From: Klebsiella phage KP2025
Length of the DNA stretch: 64,000 nucleotides
Strand: one strand, 5' to 3'
Sequence record: PP919962.1
Of this stretch, positions 38,854-48,184 are shown in pieces. Within the stretch, counting starts at the first letter, position 1. Each line of letters opens with the position of its first letter. Below the pieces are notes generated by a model that saw nothing but the letters and a program-made list of their open reading frames with translations, did not search any database and was not told the origin of the DNA. The position numbers were made by a program, and so were the translations under genes.

Positions 38854-39648
38854 TTAGCTTTTTGCACCAACTTTCTCAACCCACTGACCAAATTCGTCAG
38901 ACAGAAGCTTATCATACAGTTCTTCATCTGACAGGTCAAGGTCATCTACACCAATAAAATCGACGTTATCGTAATCACGGGCGAGTTCTTTCAGGAAGCT
39001 GAAGCTTTCCTGTCCTACGCCCACCATAAACCAATAAATAGGTTTACCACGATTACGAGAAAGCAAGCTACGTACAGCCTCTTTATCCGAGTTATCACCG
39101 TCTGTCTGGAAGAATACCATAGCAGGTGTTGTATCGACTGGTACAGAAGTATCTGGTACTTGTTCAGTGATAGTTTTCTTCACAGTTACAGTTTCGGTTT
39201 TGCCTGTCAGCTTAGCAAAGAAACCACTCACAGGACGTTTTTCTTGTACTTCGATTTCACGAGTAACAGTTTTCATTGGAACATTACCAAAGTACTCATC
39301 GTAAATCTCTTGCATTACCGGAGCATAGGCTGTACCGCCTGAGATTGAAATACCACGCATACACTTGCCTACATAATCATCATAGACAGACGCTGTTGCA
39401 GGAGGCAGCTCACGACAGCCGTGGTCAAACGCCCACATATCAATCTGAGCATTATCGTCAAATTGCATACCGAACGGTAAAAGTTTACCTACAAAATCAC
39501 TTACAGTGCCATTACGATACAGGCTACCCATACTACCGGAGATATCCAGCGCAGATGCTACACGCAGGGTGATCTGTGCAATCTTTTTCTTTTTGAGGCT
39601 GATTACCAGTTTCTCTTGGCGTTTAACCAGACTAATTTTTTCGCTCAT
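38854..39648 (-). CDS. von Willebrand factor A domain protein (TerY-like)
   Basis: MIDAS motif LDISGSMG; N-terminus MSEKISLVKRQEKLVISLKKKK mirrors the TerD N-terminus (MSEKISLKKGSTEKISLKK). Confidence 0.6.
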   Translation of the reverse strand: MSEKISLVKRQEKLVISLKKKKIAQITLRVASALDISGSMGSLYRNGTVSDFVGKLLPFGMQFDDNAQIDMWAFDHGCRELPPATASVYDDYVGKCMRGISISGGTAYAPVMQEIYDEYFGNVPMKTVTREIEVQEKRPVSGFFAKLTGKTETVTVKKTITEQVPDTSVPVDTTPAMVFFQTDGDNSDKEAVRSLLSRNRGKPIYWFMVGVGQESFSFLKELARDYDNVDFIGVDDLDLSDEELYDKLLSDEFGQWVEKVGAKS

Positions 39649-39806
39649 TCTTTATCTCCTTTTTCAACTTCTTTTAAGTCATCTGCACGGCGTGAATCAC
39701 GCCATGCAAACCATGTGTGAAACTTAAGTTCTTCTTTTTCTTCCTTTGTAAAGTAAGGTTTACTTTCATAAAAGCGTTCAAACCAAGTCAAAAATTCTTC
39801 ACTCAT
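39645..39806 (-). CDS. small ORF (53 aa; MSEEFLTWFERFYESKPYFTKEEKEELKFHTWFAWRDSRRADDLKEVEKGDKE), missed by 60-aa cutoff
   Basis: TAATG overlap with upstream gene stop and ATGA overlap with vWA start (translational coupling at both ends). Confidence 0.3.
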   Translation of the reverse strand: MSEEFLTWFERFYESKPYFTKEEKEELKFHTWFAWRDSRRADDLKEVEKGDKE

Positions 39807-40212
39807 TATTGCCCTCCATTAAGTTTTTAAGTGCAATAGTTGTTTCACACTCATCACCATATTCATTGTGATGTTCAAGATATGCCTCCGCAGAGGCCCA
39901 ATCATTATCTTGCGTATTCCAACCGTCTATGAAAGCGTCTTCGATGATAGTCTTTAACTCAAGGCGTGTCAAGACAATTTTATCATGCATATTCTCGGAC
40001 TTTTCAGTCAAAATATCCTCCTCTAGGAGGATTTCTAGACCCGCTAACTGCTTTTCACTAATAGGATCATAAGAATATGAATATCTCAAATCTGTAACCA
40101 TCGAGATAAAACCTCTATCTAATTCAGATAGTGATAACATAGGTGCTACACGTAGTTCCTCATCATATCTAACTAAAATTGCGTCTTTGCCTTTGTATAC
40201 ACGAATAAGCAT
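39799..40212 (-). CDS. hypothetical acidic protein
   Basis: 137-aa ORF. Confidence 0.3.
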   Translation of the reverse strand: MLIRVYKGKDAILVRYDEELRVAPMLSLSELDRGFISMVTDLRYSYSYDPISEKQLAGLEILLEEDILTEKSENMHDKIVLTRLELKTIIEDAFIDGWNTQDNDWASAEAYLEHHNEYGDECETTIALKNLMEGNNE

Positions 40213-40221
40213 AATTTCTCC

Positions 40222-41319
40222 TTAGACTAAACCAGCTTTGACTTTCTGTACCATCCCATCCTCCAGGGATTGTACTTCATTGATGTAGTCAATACGGGCA
40301 GCACGCGCTTCAGTATTGATTCGGTTTGTTTCTTCCAGCATACGTACCAAGTTTTCCTGATCTTTACGCAGGGTTTCAATATCTAGGATCTGACGGTTAG
40401 ACAGAGCTGTAGCATTGATAATGTTTTGTGCAGCCAAATCACTTCCCATTTGAATTGCAGTATTGAATTCATCCAATACATTAGCTTGAGTTTGACCAGC
40501 TTCTGCTTGACGCAAACTCTCAATATACATTGAGAAGTTGGCAGAGTACGCTGGAATAACATTGTTCACGATGTTACGTGCAGAGCGCATAAGCATTTCG
40601 CTTACTTTGATCATACTATTAACACGTGGCCCCATTTGGACACAAAGAAGACGCAGTGCTTTTAAGTCAGCAATACGGATCTCCAGAATGTCTAAAGTAT
40701 CACGCACAGCCTGACGTTCTTCAACCTGATCCTCTGGTAATGTATTGAAACGTGCTTCTTCTTTCTCATAAGTATCTGTCAAAAGTTCTACATCTCGATT
40801 TAAACTTAATGCATATTGTCCAATAGCCATTTTAAGTTTTTCGAGATAAACAAGAGAATCTTCTTCTTTTCTAACATCGCCTTCAAGTTCTTTGACAAGA
40901 ACATCAATACGATTATTAATAGTATCGTACTCTGCAAACAGGTCTTCTTTCATACCCATCAACTTTTTGATGAATTTGCCAACACCTTTCGATTGTTTAA
41001 TCGAGCTGGGGTCTAATTGTTTTGCTTGTTTAATAAGAGCGGTGAGACGTTCATTCATTTCTCCGCCCTGATTACCACGTTGATGTTTCAACACTTCATT
41101 GTTTAAACTACGTAGAGTTAATCCGGCCTCTGCACCCACATTATCAATTTCTTTACGAGTCATTGCCGGAAGTTCTGGAACAGGTTTTACTACAGCAGGC
41201 GCATACACAGGGCTAGAATCAAAGACAGTTGGGGCTAATGCCGACCGTGTATCTTCTTTTGCAGCCAATGCACTCTTGCTTGGAGTTGTTTTAACAGCAG
41301 TTAAAAATGGACTAGACAT
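40222..41319 (-). CDS. TelA-like (toxic anion resistance) coiled-coil protein, tentative
   Basis: 365 aa, all-helical coiled-coil; assignment rests mainly on size, composition and Ter-cluster context. Confidence 0.3.
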   Translation of the reverse strand: MSSPFLTAVKTTPSKSALAAKEDTRSALAPTVFDSSPVYAPAVVKPVPELPAMTRKEIDNVGAEAGLTLRSLNNEVLKHQRGNQGGEMNERLTALIKQAKQLDPSSIKQSKGVGKFIKKLMGMKEDLFAEYDTINNRIDVLVKELEGDVRKEEDSLVYLEKLKMAIGQYALSLNRDVELLTDTYEKEEARFNTLPEDQVEERQAVRDTLDILEIRIADLKALRLLCVQMGPRVNSMIKVSEMLMRSARNIVNNVIPAYSANFSMYIESLRQAEAGQTQANVLDEFNTAIQMGSDLAAQNIINATALSNRQILDIETLRKDQENLVRMLEETNRINTEARAARIDYINEVQSLEDGMVQKVKAGLV

Positions 41320-41328
41320 GTTGCCTCC

Positions 41329-41907
41329 TTATTTTCTGTCTTCATAGTATGGAGAAATCCCCATAGCTTCACACTTCTTAAGCCATTCTTCCCAAGACAA
41401 TAACCAAATTTTATCAATGGTTCCTTCCTTATCTTTACTAAGGTAGGTTCCCCACATTATACTATTAGGTTTTTGCCTAGAAGGACGGCGATTATACCCT
41501 CTGATAAATCTTAATTCGTTATCTGATATGAGAGCCATTACCCAAGGGTATTCTGTTTTAACAGAACGCTTTGATACAGCTTTAGGAATAGCCCCTATTT
41601 CCTGCGCTATTGCTTTCCATGCAGCACCATGATCAGACCTACCTCTTTTACAAAAATCTATTGCATGGGCTATCTCATGTAGCATAGTATCAACAATGTT
41701 ATGCTCTTCCGAGTTTTTATGCAGATGCCAATTGATAATAACTAACTTACTTCTATTATCTGCCCAACCAAAGGATTTATTTCTTTTTTCTCTAACGCCT
41801 GCCCGCCATCCGTTGGCCTTTAGCAGGGCATCGTATTCAGGAAAGTCTTCTTTAAATTTACATAATGTAGTTTTCCATAAATTTAGAATATCCCTTGTAC
41901 TATACAT
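41329..41907 (-). CDS. SprT-like zinc metallopeptidase domain protein
   Basis: HExxH motif MLHEIAHAIDF followed by His/Cys-containing segment. Confidence 0.4.
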   Translation of the reverse strand: MYSTRDILNLWKTTLCKFKEDFPEYDALLKANGWRAGVREKRNKSFGWADNRSKLVIINWHLHKNSEEHNIVDTMLHEIAHAIDFCKRGRSDHGAAWKAIAQEIGAIPKAVSKRSVKTEYPWVMALISDNELRFIRGYNRRPSRQKPNSIMWGTYLSKDKEGTIDKIWLLSWEEWLKKCEAMGISPYYEDRK

Positions 41908-41909
41908 CT

Positions 41910-42452
41910 TTATACCCTAACAGTCAATTCGGATAAAATGATCTCCATGCCCTCTTGTTGCCATACCAAATAACCGTTATTAGTTAAAGACATATCCAAT
42001 AAAAATTGGTGATTAATCCCACGAACTTTAACTTCCACAACATCATCATTAGGCACAGTGATAGCCTGACGATAGTTTACCGTATCTTTCCAGTTATCTT
42101 CCATGATAAAGACAACCTTCTCCGCCGTTGCTTCAATAGATACAAAGTCTTTGATAGTGTATGTTTCACCGCTCATGAACAGGATGGTTGCCTTGTTCAC
42201 ACTTGGTGCTTTACGCGACGGGCCTTTCTTACGCTTAGAACGTGCTGGATGAAATGGCTTGATTTCAATTTCTCCACTATCAAGCATATCTTGAGTAGCC
42301 CATTGTACTACATTAGTCTTCGTGCCTCTAAACACCCAATCACCATGATCGTCCGTATGATAGAATGTGAAAAGATTATTGTTATTCATTAAGGCAGATT
42401 CAGCAAAGCCCTCTCCGCTTAGATGATAGATATTACCTTCAATAAAGTTCAT
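41910..42452 (-). CDS. hypothetical protein
   Basis: 180-aa ORF. Confidence 0.3.
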   Translation of the reverse strand: MNFIEGNIYHLSGEGFAESALMNNNNLFTFYHTDDHGDWVFRGTKTNVVQWATQDMLDSGEIEIKPFHPARSKRKKGPSRKAPSVNKATILFMSGETYTIKDFVSIEATAEKVVFIMEDNWKDTVNYRQAITVPNDDVVEVKVRGINHQFLLDMSLTNNGYLVWQQEGMEIILSELTVRV

Positions 42453-42522
42453 ATTTTCTCCTTGATTTATTTATTTCTCTTGACAAGGGACACTATGAAG
42501 CATCCCTAAGCAAAAGTCAACC

Positions 42523-42762
42523 TTACTGCGGAATGATTTCTTTAATTGCTGGCTCACGTCCTGCCAACTTACCGTTGAAGTCAATACAGAAGCTGTATTC
42601 AACACCGCTGGCATGTTCGAAAAGGAGTCTGTCATTCGGATCATAGACGTAGATACCCTCTTCGTCAACTAGGACAATCTCCAGTTGATCTTTATCTCCG
42701 TGTGCTGAAAAGTCCGTATCTACCATTACCGCGATATCACCTTTCTTTGCATTATCAAACAT
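42523..42762 (-). CDS. hypothetical small protein
   Basis: 79-aa ORF. Confidence 0.25.
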   Translation of the reverse strand: MFDNAKKGDIAVMVDTDFSAHGDKDQLEIVLVDEEGIYVYDPNDRLLFEHASGVEYSFCIDFNGKLAGREPAIKEIIPQ

Positions 42763-42774
42763 GTTTCCTCCTTA

Positions 42775-43338
42775 TTAGCGACGACGACTAGAGCTATAAC
42801 TTTTACGGCTAGAAGAACTACTGTAGCTACGAGAAGAACTTAGTGGGCTAGAGTAGGATTTTTTAGTAGTATAACTACTGTTAGTATTCATAGTAGGACG
42901 TGAATACGTTTGGGTGCTCATTGAACGTGGTTGGCTTTGATACACCTGTTTATTTGTTGAATAAGAGCTACGGCTATTTGAGGAGTAGCTACTGCGTGGT
43001 TGAGCCACAGTGTTGTTATTGATGATCGTGGTACGGCTAGAATTATTGCTATAGCCACCGCCATTGTTACCACCACCAGACATCATGTGACCTAAAATCA
43101 TACCTGTTGCAAAGTCTCCAACACCGGAATCATGACTACCACTCTGCACGATAACAGGCGCAGGAGCAGACTGAATCACTTGTGGAGGTTGTTGGTTAAC
43201 ATACTGCTCGTCCACTTGTTGTTGCTGTGGAGCAGGGATGTATTGGGTTTGTGCTGGGACATCATCATCACATGCGCTCAGCATTGTAACACCCAGGCCG
43301 ATAATGATTGCACCGATCACCAGTTTAGTTTTGTTCAT
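42775..43338 (-). CDS. outer-membrane-type lipoprotein with glycine-zipper motif and Ser/Tyr/Gln-rich disordered tail
   Basis: lipobox LSAC; GDFATGMILGHMMSGGG glycine zipper; low-complexity SYSS repeats. Confidence 0.4.
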   Translation of the reverse strand: MNKTKLVIGAIIIGLGVTMLSACDDDVPAQTQYIPAPQQQQVDEQYVNQQPPQVIQSAPAPVIVQSGSHDSGVGDFATGMILGHMMSGGGNNGGGYSNNSSRTTIINNNTVAQPRSSYSSNSRSSYSTNKQVYQSQPRSMSTQTYSRPTMNTNSSYTTKKSYSSPLSSSRSYSSSSSRKSYSSSRRR

Positions 43339-43531
43339 GTTTTGTTTCCTCGCTTAAAGTGTTAATACATTGATTGTTATCTAACGAGTAGCAAAAAACT
43401 GGCTTCTCGTCTTTACTGATGCTAATACTACCACCGCTTACCACTGCTGTCAATGCTACAACTAAAATAAATAAACCTACACCGAAACAAATACTTTCAA
43501 ACACAAACCACACTGCTTTCAGGATTTTCAC
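43325..43531 (-). CDS. small single-pass membrane protein
   Basis: 68 aa, hydrophobic helix VGLFILVVALTAVV; 14-nt overlap with lipoprotein gene. Confidence 0.3.
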   Translation of the reverse strand: MKILKAVWFVFESICFGVGLFILVVALTAVVSGGSISISKDEKPVFCYSLDNNQCINTLSEETKHEQN

Positions 43532-43713
43532 TGCTGCACTCCTTCATTAATGCACTGACTATAGCGCAGATATAGATTATCATTACCTGCCTCAAAATTA
43601 CGAATTTGCTGCGTACACTCTTGGTAAGTGAGGTGTGGGACAGTTAAATGTTCCGTACCTCCATTTGAGTTGGTTGCAATGCTCCAAATCAGAATCAAAG
43701 TATACATGTTTCT

Positions 43714-43731
43714 CTCCTGTAGAAAGCCTCC
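43714..43731 (-). other. UUCG-tetraloop hairpin AGCCUCC-uucg-GGAGGCU after terC (possible weak terminator)
   Basis: agcctcccgaaggaggct on + strand. Confidence 0.35.
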
Positions 43732-43748
43732 CGAAGGAGGCTATTTCA

Positions 43749-44729
43749 TTAAGCTGTTGCTTCTTCTTTCTCAGGGAAGACCAGACTTGCCAGTACACCC
43801 AGCGCCAGAGTACCCAGTACGATATACAGACTTACGTTAGCTGAGATATCGTGTGGCATGAACGCCCACTTAGCATGTAACGCTTCGCCAAACGGGTGAT
43901 ACATCAATTTCGCACCTACAAATACCAGAACTACAGCTACTGCTTTCTCCAGGTGAACCAGATACTTAACCGCAACACTTAGTACGAAGAACAGAGCACG
44001 TAAACCCAGGATTGCGAAGAGCATCGCAGAGTAAACTAGCAGAGGTTCTTGTGTCACACCGATCACCGCAGGTACAGAGTCGAAGGAGAAAATCACATCA
44101 GTGAATTCTACTACGAACACACACAGCAGTGCTGGAGTTGCATATTTAATACCATTTTTAATCGTGATGAACTTCTCACCATCCAGAGCGGGATGAACTG
44201 GAAGAATCTTACCAACCAGACGAGTCGCCCAGTGTTTAGAGTAATCAACTTCATCTTCCTCATCATCACCGCCTTTGATAATAGCCAGTGCAGACCATGC
44301 TACAATCAGACCGAACAGCACTTGGAAAAACCAGTGTAAATTAAAGATTGCCGTACCTGCTGCCACAAAGATACCTCGAAATACAATGGCACCAGCAATA
44401 CCCCAAAGTAGAATCTTATGCTGTAAGTGTGTTGATTTAATACCGAAACTCGCAAAGATTGCCATGAATACCATCAGGTTATCCACCGACAACGACTTCT
44501 CTAAAACATACCCACTCAAGAACAGGGATGCAAATTCTTTACCGTACTCAATCCAGATGAATGCGTAGTAACCAAACGCTAGGGCAATCCAGAACACCGA
44601 CCAGAGCAATGCGCTCTTGATACCGATTTCTTTATTTTCCTTATGCCCGAAAAAATCAACTACAATTGACAGTGCCAGCACACCTACGAGCACAGCAATG
44701 TCCAACAGTGGGAATCCAAAATGGTGCAT
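43749..44729 (-). CDS. terC: TerC-family integral membrane protein
   Basis: multi-pass membrane protein with TerC hallmarks LSVDNLMVF and FSFDSVPAVIG. Confidence 0.7.
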   Translation of the reverse strand: MHHFGFPLLDIAVLVGVLALSIVVDFFGHKENKEIGIKSALLWSVFWIALAFGYYAFIWIEYGKEFASLFLSGYVLEKSLSVDNLMVFMAIFASFGIKSTHLQHKILLWGIAGAIVFRGIFVAAGTAIFNLHWFFQVLFGLIVAWSALAIIKGGDDEEDEVDYSKHWATRLVGKILPVHPALDGEKFITIKNGIKYATPALLCVFVVEFTDVIFSFDSVPAVIGVTQEPLLVYSAMLFAILGLRALFFVLSVAVKYLVHLEKAVAVVLVFVGAKLMYHPFGEALHAKWAFMPHDISANVSLYIVLGTLALGVLASLVFPEKEEATA

Positions 44730-44745
44730 GTTTATCTCCTTTTTG

Positions 44746-44766
44746 AGGAGGGAGCCTATCTCCCTC
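44746..44766 (-). other. 5'UTR hairpin GAGGGAG-cctatc-CTCCCTC between promoter and terC
   Basis: 7-bp stem directly upstream of SD aaaaaggagataaacATG. Confidence 0.4.
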
Positions 44767-44775
44767 TTGACACAT

Positions 44776-44803
44776 ATATTACGCTAATTTAATTTCTTGT
44801 CAA
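44776..44803 (-). promoter_or_regulatory. sigma70-like promoter upstream of terC (TTGACA-16-TAATAT, minus sense)
   Basis: RC 44798-44803 = TTGACA; RC 44776-44781 = TAATAT. Confidence 0.45.
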
Positions 44804-44809
44804 CTACTT

Positions 44810-45076
44810 TTATTCCACAATTTTGAAGTTTACACCGATAGTACCTGCAACATCACACGCACAATCGCAGTCTGTATCATCAAGGAATAGTACCGCTTGG
44901 TCTTCATCGTTCGTCTGACCTGGATAACCAGCAAAGCGCTTAGGTACTACTTCACCTGGCTCCAGAATAATAGCGTCATATTCTTTGTTCACTGTGGTGT
45001 CAATAAATGACCAGTGATCTTTGTTCAGAACAACAATCTTAACATTTTTCATAATTTCTCCTTTGTTAGTGAGCAA
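44810..45076 (-). CDS. hypothetical small protein
   Basis: 88-aa ORF. Confidence 0.25.
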   Translation of the reverse strand: MLTNKGEIMKNVKIVVLNKDHWSFIDTTVNKEYDAIILEPGEVVPKRFAGYPGQTNDEDQAVLFLDDTDCDCACDVAGTIGVNFKIVE

Positions 45077-45176
45077 CTCATTTCGTCTTGATGTAATGAA
45101 GTTTACGCTCTTCTCAGATTAAGTCAACAATTATTTTCAAAATAATTAAGCCTCCCGTAGGAGGCTCATGTTCCAA

Positions 45177-45389
45177 TCATTTTCTTGCAAATATGCCGCG
45201 CAACGTTGCTAGTATGAGTGTGACACACACCACACTCCAAAACGTTACAGGGACTTCCCAACTAACATGCCCCATCAGCGAGACAATATAGTTATAGGCC
45301 AACATCACTAGCCACGTTGGTATCAGGCAGATTAAGAACGCTACCACCACCATAGCTAAGAACATTACAACTCCAGCAATAATTTCCAT
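45177..45389 (-). CDS. small two-helix membrane protein
   Basis: 70 aa, two hydrophobic helices. Confidence 0.3.
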   Translation of the reverse strand: MEIIAGVVMFLAMVVVAFLICLIPTWLVMLAYNYIVSLMGHVSWEVPVTFWSVVCVTLILATLRGIFARK

Positions 45390-45397
45390 AATTTCTC

Positions 45398-45859
45398 CTA
45401 ATTTAATTTAAAAATAGTAACTTCCAGACCTTTGGCGACGAGTGTCTCCTGAATCATAGCTTCAACTACAGACCACTTTCCGCCAGCTAATCCACAACCA
45501 ATGAGAGGGAGTCCTACCGTCTTCCCGCCACATGCAATTACGTCATCACCCATTGCGTCCAATGCATCAAAGATAGCGTCATAGTCTAAGTCACGAATAC
45601 CTGAATCACGTTTACTGTAGCCGTACTGTCCGTACAGATTGTAGACGGTTAGTTCACCATCCTCTACAATAGCTTTCGTGAAGGTTCCCAGTTTCGTGCT
45701 ATCACCTTTACGTGTTGCACAATCAGCAGCATACACTTCGGGCCATTCTTTTTTAATCTTAGGGGCTATGCCCTTGCCCATCGTGCAAAAACAATTGCAG
45801 CAGTGCCCAATAGCATCTACTTCAGCTTGAAGCAGATCTCCGATTTTATACTTTATCAT
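45398..45859 (-). CDS. macro-domain protein (ADP-ribose binding/hydrolase)
   Basis: 153 aa; EVDAIGHCCNCFCTMGKGIA and PLIGCGLAGG match macro-domain motifs. Confidence 0.5.
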   Translation of the reverse strand: MIKYKIGDLLQAEVDAIGHCCNCFCTMGKGIAPKIKKEWPEVYAADCATRKGDSTKLGTFTKAIVEDGELTVYNLYGQYGYSKRDSGIRDLDYDAIFDALDAMGDDVIACGGKTVGLPLIGCGLAGGKWSVVEAMIQETLVAKGLEVTIFKLN

Positions 45860-45868
45860 TCTTTCTCC

Positions 45869-46726
45869 TTACTTATTCAGAACATTACCTTCGAAGAAAT
45901 GATGAAGAAACGCAAAGTTCTCCTCATACTTCGTAATTTTATTATATCCTTCTGCCAAGCAACCAAAATACAACGCCTCAACGTAAGATAGTGGAAGTTG
46001 GCTCAGTGCTACCTTAAAGGTCACTTCTGGTTGGCTCATTAGGTATTTGATTGGACGAACCAAACACTGGGCATCAGGCTCATCTTTAATCATCTGCACG
46101 AAAGCGGAAATAGTGTTAATGTCACTGAAATTCAGTGCCGCTTCTGTGTTGGCCTCAGTCCCATTGTACTTGGCGAAGTAGAGGAAGAATGTGTCATTAG
46201 TTATATTCTCTGCATCTAAGATCTCAATGAGCTTGTCTTCGTGTGTTCCGGTAATATTTACATCATCGATGAAGATCAGGTTTTTGTTTCCCCAGAAATC
46301 TTTGTTGATCGAGAAAGTATCACCGTCAATCAGAGCTTTGCGGTCTTCCTTACTGAGGAAGCCATAATCATTGATATAACTCACCTTACGATGAATGATA
46401 TCCCACTCTACAGCCTTGCCATGATTACTGTTCACAGCTACCAAATGGTTAAGATGGTCTACAAAATGCTCTGAGAGCAACGTAGCGGCGTTTTTAACGT
46501 AGTTATAGGGCGAAGGTATCACCACAAACTGACTATGTACCAAACGGCTCCAGTGGGCCTCAAAGAAGCTTTCTGCAAGAATGCGCCCCATACGCTTAGC
46601 TGCTTGATTGCTACCAAACTTCAGCCGGGAATAATCCGCTGTATTGAAACCGGCATTTTCTAAGGTAGAAAAAGTATGGGCAAAGTGTTGAGTTTGATTA
46701 CGCATTAATGATTTCTCCTTTTTCAA
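45869..46726 (-). CDS. phosphoribosyltransferase-like protein (type I PRTase PRPP-binding motif)
   Basis: NLIFIDDVNITGTHEDK = hydrophobic-x4-DD-xxx-TG-x-T PRPP loop. Confidence 0.4.
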   Translation of the reverse strand: MKKEKSLMRNQTQHFAHTFSTLENAGFNTADYSRLKFGSNQAAKRMGRILAESFFEAHWSRLVHSQFVVIPSPYNYVKNAATLLSEHFVDHLNHLVAVNSNHGKAVEWDIIHRKVSYINDYGFLSKEDRKALIDGDTFSINKDFWGNKNLIFIDDVNITGTHEDKLIEILDAENITNDTFFLYFAKYNGTEANTEAALNFSDINTISAFVQMIKDEPDAQCLVRPIKYLMSQPEVTFKVALSQLPLSYVEALYFGCLAEGYNKITKYEENFAFLHHFFEGNVLNK

Positions 46727-47378
46727 GTTTCTCTAGTAGGTCTTGTGGGTTTTTAACATGACAAAACTTAAAACCTAAATCAACACATTTCCCATCATAA
46801 ATTTCACTATCTCCAATATGCAAAATTTCATAGTTCGCTAGGCTAGATAGCTTACTAGAAAGCAGAGTTTTAGCAAAGAATAAAATGTCAGGCTTACAAA
46901 GCAGATGTTCGTCCGAAAAATGCATAAAACTCCACCAAGGCATTCTATCAAAGCCTACAGCTTGAGACAAGATTCTACCTGAGATAAAGTTAGTATTGCT
47001 TTTGATACTCAATTCATACTTGTCATCGAGGCTTATTAATTGATCAACTAAATCTTCATTTAAACGTGGTGAGAATGCAAGAAAAGCTTCTTCACATTCG
47101 CGTTGCATTTGAGTAATTGCTTTTGGTTCCATGTTTAAATTTTTACCTAAAACATGCCAAGCAGTCGAGGTAAAACTACAAATACCTTTTTCTGCGTTTT
47201 GGTCTAAATATTTCTTTACCTTCCTATACATTGTACCTGCTTCACGATCAGTTACATTTGCATATTTTGCAATTATTTTAGTACGAATTTCACTATACCA
47301 AGGATTTGCAGTAATCAAAGTATTCCATACGTCAAAAGAGATGTGTTTGATTATCATATTAAGCCCACCATGCGTCAA
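46698..47378 (-). CDS. HAD-superfamily hydrolase-like protein
   Basis: motif I-like ISFDVWNTLI, motif III Lys KPDILFFAKTLL, motif IV ILHIGDSEIYDG. Confidence 0.4.
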   Translation of the reverse strand: MTHGGLNMIIKHISFDVWNTLITANPWYSEIRTKIIAKYANVTDREAGTMYRKVKKYLDQNAEKGICSFTSTAWHVLGKNLNMEPKAITQMQRECEEAFLAFSPRLNEDLVDQLISLDDKYELSIKSNTNFISGRILSQAVGFDRMPWWSFMHFSDEHLLCKPDILFFAKTLLSSKLSSLANYEILHIGDSEIYDGKCVDLGFKFCHVKNPQDLLEKLEKGEIINA

Positions 47379-47964
47379 GGTTTAAGTTACTGTCCACTAT
47401 CACTTGTTCTACGTGATAGCTTTTCATTTCAATTCCACTTTCCAGAAGCATACCATACGCCTCATTAAAACGCAACTTATCTTCTGCGGAATATAGACGC
47501 GCATTATAGAAGCGATAATCCACCTCTTCAGCATTGGAAGAGACACGGAAGAAGCCAGTGTCAATCTCCGGCGCACTTGCAGGAGTCTTGATATGAACTT
47601 CACCATAATGCTCTTTACTCAAATCCATAAACATTACACACGCAATGTGTCGGAACATCTGTTCCAGTTTATAGCGTACAACTTTGAATCCAGCGGCTTG
47701 CAGTTTTGCTACACAATCCAACATAAGATCTGTTTCGATACCTGCCTGGTACTTAGTTAGCATACGGTCACGCTGTGATTGTGTATCACGGTGCAGATCA
47801 ATTGTAGTACATTTTGCACCAATCAGTTTTGCTGCATCCATGAGTTGCTCACTACTTACGTCTGCTAATGTAAGATGAAAATGTGCTTTCCATACTTTAT
47901 CCACAGGAACACCGAGAGGTTCATCGTTAGTTTGTGGTAGGTTTGCGATCAGCCTATGTTGCAT
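47359..47964 (-). CDS. hypothetical protein (one HxTx-like motif HFHLTLADV; 2H phosphoesterase not established)
   Basis: 201-aa ORF. Confidence 0.25.
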   Translation of the reverse strand: MQHRLIANLPQTNDEPLGVPVDKVWKAHFHLTLADVSSEQLMDAAKLIGAKCTTIDLHRDTQSQRDRMLTKYQAGIETDLMLDCVAKLQAAGFKVVRYKLEQMFRHIACVMFMDLSKEHYGEVHIKTPASAPEIDTGFFRVSSNAEEVDYRFYNARLYSAEDKLRFNEAYGMLLESGIEMKSYHVEQVIVDSNLNLDAWWA

Positions 47965-47974
47965 TGTTTTCTCC

Positions 47975-48184
47975 TTAAAAAGGTGAGCGTTCTAATTCGT
48001 CTGGTTCAATACCAATAATATTAGCGATATCTCTATCAGAAAGCAACTCCTTTCTTTGCAGAATTTCTACCAGCGTACCAAGCATTTCACGAGTATCTCG
48101 ATCACTGCTCTCTACCAAACCTTTTGCACTATCAATCTGGTCTTTATAAAAATAAAATTGAATCATAAATCCTCCAAACAACAA
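47975..48184 (-). CDS. hypothetical small protein
   Basis: 69-aa ORF. Confidence 0.25.
   Translation of the reverse strand: MLFGGFMIQFYFYKDQIDSAKGLVESSDRDTREMLGTLVEILQRKELLSDRDIANIIGIEPDELERSPF

Noticed and set aside
42775-43531. Small TM protein + overlapping lipoprotein as an i-/o-spanin pair
   Set aside because: Size relationship is inverted (68-aa TM protein, 187-aa lipoprotein with glycine zipper); not adjacent to the putative endolysin.
47359-47964. 2H phosphoesterase (LigT-like) call for the 201-aa ORF
   Set aside because: Only one HxTx motif (HFHLTL) is convincing; the second candidate (VHIKT) does not fit; left as hypothetical.
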